Positions 23,111 through 64,000 of a DNA stretch of 64,000 bases are shown here, one piece after another. A program made the position numbers and the translations under genes. Within the stretch, counting starts at the first letter, position 1. Each line of letters begins with the position of its first letter. The stretch is from Macrostomum lignano. Taxonomy: Eukaryota. The notes below the pieces were generated by a model, which was not told the DNA's origin, ran no database searches, and was given only the letters and a program-made list of their open reading frames with translations. The stretch lies in the NCBI GenBank assembly GCA_002269645.1, contig NIVC01000615.1, forward strand, positions 62,001 to 126,000, written 5' to 3'.

Positions 23111-24857
23111 AAACTCTGTCTCTATCTTATAGAAAAGCACGTGAGATGATGTTTGGAAGAATAATTTTTTACCATAAATGGAAAACCTGGCTATGAAAAT
23201 ATTACTATAATAAAATAATGTTAATAAACTGAATGCTTATTAATCAGCTTGTACTCATAAAATGTTATGCGCCCTACTTCAAGTAACAGTATGGGAATTT
23301 GAATGCCCATTTTTGGGGTAATTATACGAATTTAGAGTAGGGAATAACGTTAATTATTTTAGTCTGTGTCTGAACTTCCACCCGCCCATCTCAAAAGCGA
23401 TCTTATCACTTTAACAAAGCTTTATATAACACTAAGCCTGAAAATATCTATTAAAAATTATAAAAAACTTGAACGAAAAACAATTGAGCTAATATCAACG
23501 AAGTGTGTCGTAAATTTAACCTATTTTGTGAAACTGAGCTATTTCTGTTTGATTGTTAGACTTCAAGACTTTACCATTACGAGCTATATGTAAGTAAAAA
23601 TGTTAATTAAATTTGTTTCTGTTCTTCAAACATTATAAGCATCCTTAAGGCTTTCTAAACATTAAAGCGAGGGGCCATTGTACGTAAGGGATGGCGTGTA
23701 CTATTAAAAATATTTGTTGGGACACCTGCTAGAATTGGGATCAGCGGCATTAAACCAGTGCCCCTCTCCAAACTTTGCCACTGATGAAACATCTATTAAG
23801 GCATATGTGAAAAAGGCATTCATTTGAAGAAAAGAAAGCACTTTTAATTTAAGTATCTGGGACTGGTACGTACGTGGTTTATATTGTAGCTTATAATATC
23901 GGATGGTCAATAAATTGGCATTCTAGATACATTAAGGTATATATTGTACATGCAATACAAACAACAGCCAAGATTGTAGGGTAAAAAACGACTGGGCTGA
24001 ATTCTGGTTCCGAATCAGCATCAGCACTGGTCCTAACCCCCTCTGAAAATCCGGTTTTGGGTTGGTTTTTCTGTACGCAATCCTCCTTTCCGTGCTATTT
24101 TTAGATTTGTGACTCCGCTATAATAATGTACAGGAGCTAAATCCACATTAAAGGGACTGTACATCTGATTCTATGTTCAATTTCCAAAGTCCAACTTACA
24201 TTAAGTCTTCAGCCCCAGCTCCCCACACCCCTTTTCGCAGACTTTCCACAACCCCGTGTTTAGGGTTTCTGCCGGGGCAGCCCCCACACCCCCGGTCGGT
24301 CAGTGCACGCACCGTCTGCATGATGGGAACGTCCCCAGAGCCCTCCCCCCGCCCACGAAACAAACAGTTCATTCTGTCCCTCCGACAACCACTATCTTTC
24401 CTCTCTGCCCTTTCTCTCCTCCCTTGACTAGAATGTACACAAGTCTGTAGGCAGGGGCAGGAATGGAGATTTCCAGGCCCATAATGCACACGATTCCTTC
24501 GACACCCCGCCCCCATATAATACGCAAACGTTCTCCAGTCTTTTTACCAGTTCTAACAACTGCGCCGAAAAATTTCTTTCCTTTTCAAAAAACCAAACAC
24601 GTGATTACGCCGAATTTTTCTATTCTCAAATGAGCATTCAAAACTAGGCACCCTGCTCTTTGACCGAACTGTAACGTATATAACCCTAGCCTGTCTACAC
24701 ACCGCTTGCAGCTCCTGTCGATTTGCTGTAAAAGACTATTCCTATAATTGAAGCGAACAAGAAGGAACGTGTCTATAAGGTCCCTGTTTAAATACCTGAC
24801 GATCTGGGTTCTACTTAGTGTAAACTGCACTTTTCTAACAAAAAAGTGAAGTAAGAA

Positions 24858-55489
<30,632 letters not shown>

Positions 55490-56559
55490 AGCCTCGAGCC
55501 CGCATCGACAATTGAAATAAGCAAAAATTAAGCTGTTTGTTTATTACCCGTAAAACTGGGTGTGTTGTTTTAACTACTGCTATACATAATATTTATTATA
55601 CATTTTGTATTAAGTATTTCGTTGCGTCATTTTTTCCGGCTTTATTTTTTAAATTAGTGCCATTTTTATAGCAAAAAGTAACAAAATTTTGAATACTATA
55701 TTTCTAGTAAATAAAATATATAAAATAATATATAAATAAATAAATAAGCAATATTATATTTGTTTTATTCGTTGTAAAAATGGCACCAATTTAAATTAAA
55801 GTAAGCTTAAATTGAAAGTTTATTTAAGCTTAAAAAACACGTTTCGAAAAATCTCATGTTCACAGCTTTAATAATATTTTTCCTCAAATTAACTTATGTT
55901 AATTAAATAAATAATTTGTCAATTTTTTGAGACCAAAAAAAACATTTACGTTCGGCTTGAAATGCTCTGATATATTTTATTTGTCATTTTCTGCTAAATA
56001 GTAGTTGATAGAAGAAATTCACTAAACGGGTTTCCAGTAGTACATGTATCTATAGTAGTGGTAGTGGTAGTTTGCGCTTTTTCTTTGATTTTTTCTGCAA
56101 AGCCACAAATCTTAGCCCAAGTAATTAGTGCGACATGTACCATCAACTTTTGAAATTCGTTTGCTATAATTACTTACCTTAGCGTCATACCTTCGCCCTT
56201 CATTTTCCCGTTAATTAATTACTTATATTTAATAATTTAGATTCAACCAAATTCACTCCATATTTTTTCGTAATAAATTTTAAATATTCCCCGTGCATAT
56301 TACTATCGAGTAGTCTGTTTGCCTAGTATTTGGTAGAAAACAAATGATATTACAGATTCTTGCGCTAATTCAAGTAGATTTTGTTTTTGAACAACTTCGG
56401 TAAAAATAAACTGTCACGATTTTTTTCGACTTCATCAACTAGAATTAGAATATTTTATGTTTAATTAGTTCAAACTTCATGGTTTTTTCTGTTTTTGGTT
56501 ATTTGGGCATTTCTAGTATAGAATATGATAGTGGTGCCTGCGATTGTATCTTCTAGCTG

Positions 56560-57345
56560 TAAGATAGACACCTCAGATATAAGATGGACACCTCAGATAT
56601 AAGATGGACACCCCAGATATAAGATGGACACCTCAGATATAAGATGGACACCTCAGATATAAGATGGACACCCCAGATATAAGATGGACACCTCAGATAT
56701 AGGATGGACACCCCAGATATAAGATGGACACCTCAGATATAAGATGGACACCCCAGATATAAGATAGACACCTCAGATATAGGATGGACACCCCAGATAT
56801 AAGATGGACACCCCAGATATAAGATAGACACCTCAGATATAAGATGGACACCCCAGATATAAGATGGACACCTCAGATATAAGATGGACACCCCAGATAT
56901 AAGATAGACACCTCAGATATAAGATAGACACCTCAGATATAAGATGGACACCCCAGATATAAGATGGACACCTCAGATATAAGATGGACACCCCAGATAT
57001 AAGATGGACACCTCAGATATAGGATGGACACCCCAGATATAAGATAGACACCTCAGATATAAGATGGACACCCCAGATATAAGATAGACACCTCAGATAT
57101 AAGATGGACACCTCAGATATAAGATGGACACCCCAGATATAAGATGGACACCCCAGATATAGGATGGACACCACAGATATAGGATGGACATCTCAGATAT
57201 AAAATGGACACCTCAGATATAAGATGGACATCTCAGATATAAAATGGACATCTTAGATATAAAATGGACACCTCAGATATAAGATGGACACCTCAAATAT
57301 AAGATGGACACCTCAGATATAGGATGGACACCCCAGATATAAATA
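56560..57345. repeat. 20-bp minisatellite
   Basis: AAGATGGACACC(T/C)CAGATAT tandem copies. Confidence 0.96.
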
Positions 57346-57988
57346 CACCTAAGATATTCCGATAAAAACTGCTTGAACTTATCTCCATTTATTACTGAGA
57401 AGCCAAATAAACAGCCTAGCCCAACTAGATGCACTATGACAAGCACTTTTAACCGGTCTCATCTTAGTCCTGGCTGCAATAATAAAAACACTTATAAAGA
57501 AGTTATCGAATCAATTATCTAAAGTGCCACGCGGAGAGCAGGGCGATGTCGATTTGGAAAATCATTTGCTAATTATGGGATCCAGACCATGCAAGGAGTC
57601 GTGTAGGGTGCGTTTGATTCCCCAGACTCCCACTTCACTTATCTGGGAGGCTGCCCACTCTTGATCTTGCTGGACTTGCTACCCCCTGGGGAGATCGAAC
57701 TGGCTGGAAAGGTTGATGCGAAGTTTAAAAATGTGAAGTGATGGCAGAGAGGGACCAAGGCGACCCAAAACCAGAACCTGGGTAAACTCCCACTGACTCC
57801 CATCTCTCCACTATAGCTATGTGCCGTGGCTTCAGAATTTAGAATTTTAGAGTTTAGACAGACGAAGTTTTATTGCCTGTCAATTTAAAATGACAGTTCA
57901 ATAATTCCGCAATTCCCCCAAGAGTATTTTATGGTTGACATGGAGGATTCTCTTTTATGGCTGAACCCTAACCCCCCTAACCCTCTAA

Positions 57989-58383
57989 GGGAACCGCAGC
58001 CCCAGTGGTCCAGCGCAGGCTCTGATGTGCCAGCGGCCCAGGCTCGATTCCAAGTGCAGCCACATTAATTTGGGGCTAAATTGGAATCTCGGCTTGGCTC
58101 TGCTCTTGCAATTAACGCCCTTGAGGGCCAACCCCCAAGGCGCAGTGAAGTGTACATGCCTAACGATAAATAAAGTTAGGGCCGCTGTACACTCCTGTGT
58201 GAGTGTGTGCCTGTGCGTATGACTGCGTACGTATCCGCGCGCTTGTGTGCCTGCTCAGGGGAGTCGGCGGAATGGGCGGCAGAATGCCTCTCGCCGCGGT
58301 TGTGTGACAATGCCGCTTAAAGTGCAGTGCGCCAGGGTGCGCCAGCTTCTGCCTCTATTACAAATGTATTATATTATTATTAG
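57989..58383 (+). mobile_element. Putative tRNA-derived SINE
   Basis: Head 57989-58062 has an A-box-like CCCAGTGGTCCAGCGC and a B-box-like GGCTCGATTCC at tRNA spacing, but the acceptor stem does not pair. A unique body ends in an (ATT)n-like tail, TATTATATTATTATTAG. Confidence 0.45.
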
Positions 58384-58944
58384 TTGGCTTTATGGGGAGG
58401 AGCTGGCACTCCAGGTTCTGACTCTGAGCCTCCTTGAGTGATCCAAGGAGCATTACTAATGTGTATACATACAGGCTTTTTTAGTGCTCAAAGTGTTGAG
58501 GGCGTAACGACCTCCTGCCTTAACTAGCATGCAAGTCAACCTCTACGAGAAGAGCGCCTCACTTTGCTCCTCAATTATTGACAGCAAGCAAGATCGGCAT
58601 GTACAGCTAGAGCCAATTTTTAGAGGGCCTGCAGCTTAGCTTGGCCCGAGAGCTGTGTGCAACTCGCTCCCCTTATCAACTGGCAAAGTTGCTAAGTTTA
58701 TTACCTATACATGTAGTAGCATGCTCCAGTAGTCCTGTGCATCTCTTCTCCCTGTAATTTCATTCTGAGCAGTGCTGGCCCACAGCAGAGCTCATTAGGG
58801 TTAGCCTGCTGAGCACCCGGTTTCGGGTTATGTAAGCTCATCTGTAATTTGCTCATCTGCCACTGTTGCTGTTCTGTAATGACTGTGCTTTGTTGGGCAT
58901 GTGGAGTCTGAGAAGTGTGCTCTCATTATGCTTCCATCTGTTTT

Positions 58945-60095
58945 CAGGCAGATTTCTAGCTGAGATTATCTTCCTTAGCTGTGAGATTCCCCGCTGAGAT
59001 TATCTTCCCTAGGTGTGAGATTCCCAGTTGAGATTATCTTCCTTAGGTGTGAGATTCCCAGTTGAGATTATCTCCCCTAGGTGTGAGATTCCCAGCTGAG
59101 ATTATCTTCCTTAGGTGTGAGATTCCCAGTTGAGATTATCTCCCCTAGGTGTGAGATTCCCAGCTGAGATTATCTTCCTTAGCTGTGAGATTCCCCGCTG
59201 AGATTATCTTCCCTAGGTGTGAGATTCCCAGTTGAGATTATCTCCCCTAGGTGTGAGATTAACAGCTGAGATTATCTTCCTTAGGTGTGAGATTCCCAGT
59301 TGAGATTATCTCCCCTAGGTGTGAGATTCCCAGCTGAGATTATCTTCCTTAGCTGTGAGATTCCCCGCTGAGATTATCTTCCCTAGGTGTGAGATTCCCA
59401 GTTGAGATTATCTCCCCTAGGTGTGAGATTCCCAGCTGAGATTATCTCCCCTAGGTGTGAGATTCCTAGCTGAGATTATCTTCCTTAGGTGTGAGATTCC
59501 CAGCTGAGATTATCTTCCTTAGGTGTGAGATTCCCAGTTGAGATTATCTCCCCTAGGTGTGAGATTCCCAGCTGAGATTATCTTCCTTAGCTGTGAGATT
59601 CCCCGCTGAGATTATCTTCCCTAGGTGTGAGATTCCCAGTTGAGATTATCTCCCCTAGGTGTGAGATTCCCAGCTGAGATTATCTCCCCTAGGTGTGAGA
59701 TTCCTAGCTGAGATTATCTTCCTTAGGTGTGAGATTCCCAGCTGAGATTATCTTCCTTAGGTGTGAGATTCCCAGTTGAGATTATCTCCCCTGGGTGTGA
59801 GATTCCTAGCTGAGATTATCTCCCCTGGGTGTGAGATTCCTAGCTGAGATTATCTTTCTTAGGCGTGAGATTTCCAGCTGAGATTATCCCCTTTATGTGA
59901 GATTCCTAGCTGAGATTATCTCCCCTTGCTCTGAGATTCTCAGTTGAGATTATCTCCCCTAGGTGTGAGATTCCTAGCTGAGATCATCTTTCCTAAGTGT
60001 TAGATTCCTAGCTGAGATTATCTTTCCTAAGTGTGAGATTCCTAGCTGAGATTATCTTTTTGAAGTGTGAGATTCCTAGCTGAGATTATTTCCTT
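58945..60095. repeat. 34-bp minisatellite
   Basis: GCTGAGATTATCTTCCTTAGGTGTGAGATTCCCA; period 34 (59047, 59081). Confidence 0.96.
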
Positions 60096-60789
60096 AGGCA
60101 GCATAGTAGGCATTTGATGGGCGGTAGAGTAGACAATACAGTAGGTCAGTCTGCATTTATAGTCAGGCCTTATTGCATAACTTATATTAAATCGATGAAA
60201 AGTATTCTACATATATCTGGACACCAATTTGTTAAGATGAATTACATCTATAAGAGAATGATTTGGTGTAGGACTAATAGACGAAGTTTTTTAACAGTTT
60301 TAATTTCTGCAACTCTCCAACACACACGCGCGCAAAACTCCCTCTGCTCCATCTGTCGATTTCTCTCTCTGTCTCTCTGTGTGTCGATTCATTTATTTAT
60401 AGTCAATTAGAAGGGCCGCCAACTCCCCTTTGGAAGGAAATTGCTGTGGTTCGTTTCCTGCAGATAGAGAGTGACAAGTGGTGCGATCGAGTCTCCATGG
60501 TGGGAGGCTGTTCAAAGTCTCTCTCTCCCTCCCTCGCTGTCTGGTCTCGATCTCTATAAAAGTGCTCCGCTAGATCTCTTGTCGACTGCAGGGGCCAGTT
60601 TTTCCTCATGGGATTTTGGCCCCGAAAATTTGACTTAGACTGTCGCCACTACAGCTCGCATTTGATGCCAAAAAGTTTTTTTCTCGAGCTGAAAAAAAAC
60701 GGGTAGTTGGCAAGCCTCGGAAGGAACGAAAATTGGTGAGGGAACTCCCAGCAACACTCGCTGGAAAACCCATGTAGCTATAAGAGAGT

Positions 60790-63000
60790 TATTGGGAAAC
60801 CCTTGACCAAACCATGGTCATTGGGAAACCCTTGATCAAACCAAGGTCATTAGGAAACCCTTGATCAAACCAAGGTCACTGAGAAACCCTTGATCAAACC
60901 AAGGTCACTGAGAAACCCTTGACCAAACCAAGGTCACTGGGAAATCCTTGACCAAACCAAAGTTATCAGAAAACCCTTGACCAAACCAAAGACATTGAGA
61001 AACCCTTGATCAAACCAAGGTCACTGAGAAACCCTTGATCAAACCAAGGTCACTGAGAAACCCTTGACCAAACCAAGGTCACTGGGAAATCCTTGACCAA
61101 ACCAAAGTTATCAGAAAACCCTTGACCAAACCAAAGACATTGAGAAACCCTTGATCAAACCAAGGTCATTGGGAAACCCTTGACCAAACCGAGGTCATTG
61201 GGAAACCCTTGACCAAACCGAGGTCATTGGGAAACCCTTGACCAAACCAAGGTCATTGGGAAACCCTTGACCAAACCGAGGTCATTGGGAAACCCTTGAC
61301 CAAACCAAGGTCACTGGGAAATCCTTGAACTAACCAAGGTCATTGGGAAACCCTTGATCAAACCAAGGTCACTGAGAAACCCTTGATCAAACCAAGGTCA
61401 CTGAGAAACCCTTGACCAAACCAAGGTCACTGGGAAATCCTTGACCAAACCAAAGTTATCAGAAAACCCTTGACCAAACCAAAGACATTGAGAAACCCTT
61501 GATCAAACCAAGGTCATTGGGAAACCCTTGACCAAACCGAGGTCATTGGGAAACCCTTGACCAAACCGAGGTCATTGGGAAACCCTTGACCAAACTAAGG
61601 TTATTAGGAAACCCTTGCTCAAACCATGGTCATTGGGAAACCCTTGACCAAACCAAGGTCATTGGGAAACCCTTGACCAAACCAAGGTCATTGGGAAACC
61701 CTTGGCCAAACCGAGGTCATTGGGAAACCCTTCACCAAACCAAGGTCATTGGGAAACCCTTGACCAAACCAAGGTCATTTGGAAACCCTTGACCAAACCA
61801 AGGTCATTGGGAAACCCTTGACCAAACCAAGGTCATTGGAAAACCCTAGACCAAACCAAGGTCACTGAGAAACCCTTGACCAAACCAAGGTCACTGGGAA
61901 ATCCTTGACCAAACCAAAGTTATCAGAAAACCCTTGACCAAACCAAAGACATTGAGAAACCCTTGATCAAACCAAGGTCACTGAGAAACCCTTGATCAAA
62001 CCAAGGTCACTGAGAAACCCTTGACCAAACCAAGGTCACTGGGAAATCCTTGACCAAACCAAAGTTATCAGAAAACCCTTGACCAAACCAAAGACATTGA
62101 GAAACCCTTGATCAAACCAAGGTCATTGGGAAACCCTTGACCAAACCGAGGTCATTGGGAAACCCTTGACCAAACCGAGGTCATTGGGAAACCCTTGACC
62201 AAACCAAGGTCATTGGGAAACCCTTGACCAAACCGAGGTCATTGGGAAACCCTTGACCAAACCAAGGTCACTGGGAAATCCTTGAACTAACCAAGGTCAT
62301 TGGGAAACCCTTGATCAAACCAAGGTCACTGAGAAACCCTTGATCAAACCAAGGTCACTGAGAAACCCTTGACCAAACCAAGGTCACTGGGAAATCCTTG
62401 ACCAAACCAAAGTTATCAGAAAACCCTTGACCAAACCAAAGACATTGAGAAACCCTTGATCAAACCAAGGTCATTGGGAAACCCTTGACCAAACCGAGGT
62501 CATTGGGAAACCCTTGACCAAACCGAGGTCATTGGGAAACCCTTGACCAAACTAAGGTTATTAGGAAACCCTTGCTCAAACCATGGTCATTGGGAAACCC
62601 TTGACCAAACCAAGGTCATTGGGAAACCCTTGACCAAACCAAGGTCATTGGGAAACCCTTGGCCAAACCGAGGTCATTGGGAAACCCTTCACCAAACCAA
62701 GGTCATTGGGAAACCCTTGACCAAACCAAGGTCATTTGGAAACCCTTGACCAAACCAAGGTCATTGGGAAACCCTTGACCAAACCAAGGTCATTGGAAAA
62801 CCCTAGACCAAACCAAGGTCACTGGAAAATCCTTGACCAAACCAAGGTCATTGGGAAACCCTTGACCAAACCAAGGTTATTGGGAAACCCTTGACCAAAC
62901 CAAGGTCATTGGGAAACCCTTGACCAAACCGAGGTCATTGGGAAACCCTTGTTCAAATCAAGGTCATTGGGAAACACTTGACCAAACCAAGGTCATTGGG
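60790..63000. repeat. 29-bp minisatellite with a 957-bp (33-unit) tandem block duplication
   Basis: CCTTGACCAAACCAAGGTCATTGGGAAAC units; identical variant strings offset by 957 bp (60904/61861, 61586/62543). Confidence 0.96.
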
Positions 63001-63499
63001 AGACCCATAGAGTTATCAGAGGTCTCTGGCAGACCCTGGAAGCAGACAGTGCTCATCAGACGAAAACCGTATTTTCTCGAGTCAAACAGGAAATTAGTTC
63101 TCTTAAGCCGATTAATGCATCAAATCTGGAAAGCTGATCATCTTCTGCCACAGATTCAGATAGTAAAATGAGCGATTGAGCGAATGATGAGGTACTCGAT
63201 CAAATAACATGATTCTGGATACACTCCGCTGGTCTCATACGTCTGTCTCTTGGCCCTATATCTAACCCTGTGGTTGCTAGAAAATGATTGAGCTATCATA
63301 CTTAATAAGCTTTTTATGGTTTGGTGCTGTTAAATTTTACAACAGGAAAATATTGCTGCTCAGATATACTGAGTTCGTAGAGGCAGTGATTCCATACTTT
63401 TGATCAGTAATATCAGGATGAAAGAAGGTAAGGGAAGACAGATTTACACAGAGAAAAGATGGAAGGAAAAGGAATGTAGATGAGAGAGTGAAGAAGACG

Positions 63500-64000
63500 A
63501 TGAGACGAACGAGAGGGAGGGGAGAGAGGGTGAGAAGAATGGGAGGGAGGGGAGAGAGGGTGAGAAGAATGGGAGGGAGGGGAGAGAGGGTAAGAAGAAT
63601 GGGAGGGAGGGGAGAGAGGGTAAGAAGAATGAGAGGGAGGGGAGAGAGGGTGAGACGAATGAGATGGAGGGGAGAGAGGGTGAGAAGAGTCAGAGGGATT
63701 GGAGAGAGGGTGAGAAGAATGAGATGGAGGGGAGAGAGGGTGAGAAGAATGAGAGGGAGGGGACAGAGGGTGAGAAGAATGGGAGGGAGGGGAGAGAGGG
63801 TGAGAAGAATGGGAGGGAGGGGAGAGAGGGTGAGAAGAATGGGAGGGAGGGGAGAGAGGGTGAGAAGAATGAGAGGGAGGGGAGAGAGGGTGAGACGAAT
63901 GAGATGGAGGGGAGAGAGGGTGAGAAGAGTCAGAGGGATTGGAGAGAGGGTGAGAAGAATGAGATGGAGGGGAGAGAGGGTGAGAAGAATGGGAGGGAGG
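63500..64000. repeat. 30-bp purine-rich minisatellite, truncated by the window end
   Basis: GAGAAGAATGGGAGGGAGGGGAGAGAGGGT tandem copies. Confidence 0.95.

Noticed and set aside
23120-24520. Possible TE or coding fragments upstream of GLT (ORFs 23704-23910, 24173-24516)
   Set aside because: No recognisable protein motif, TIR pair or TSD found by eye; left unannotated.
57989-58062. Functional tRNA gene
   Set aside because: A and B boxes are present but the acceptor stem does not pair and the anticodon arm is not canonical; kept only as a SINE or pseudogene candidate.
63000-63240. Possible coding exon after the 29-bp array
   Set aside because: Short open frames on both strands without convincing splice sites or homology.

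Overview
Eukaryotic (animal) genomic DNA with GC-rich exons and long introns filled by minisatellites. The organisation resembles a free-living flatworm such as Macrostomum; that is inference only. Genes supported by reading frames and GT-AG splice-phase bookkeeping: (1) an intronless RPB8/POLR2H gene; (2) a 7-exon FERM-PTP gene of the Pez/PTPN14/PTPN21 type (1181 aa) whose phosphatase domain has lost key catalytic residues; (3) a disrupted WSC plus PAN/apple-like secreted-protein gene; (4) an 18-exon NADH-dependent glutamate synthase (2156 aa, 24858-55489). Intron 15 of the glutamate synthase holds two antisense nested genes: a complete 3-exon animal-type alpha-amylase with an extra ~188-aa C-terminal domain, and an orphan single-pass membrane protein ORF. 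Intron 1 of the PTP gene is a transposon graveyard (dead DD34D mariner, TA-flanked MITE, RTE-like LINE fragment, DUF4806-like relic, putative solo LTR). About 30 distinct tandem arrays are present, and nearly every intron longer than ~100 nt carries its own different array. Most long ORFs in the supplied track over these arrays are artefacts. No CRISPR, rRNA or intact tRNA was seen.
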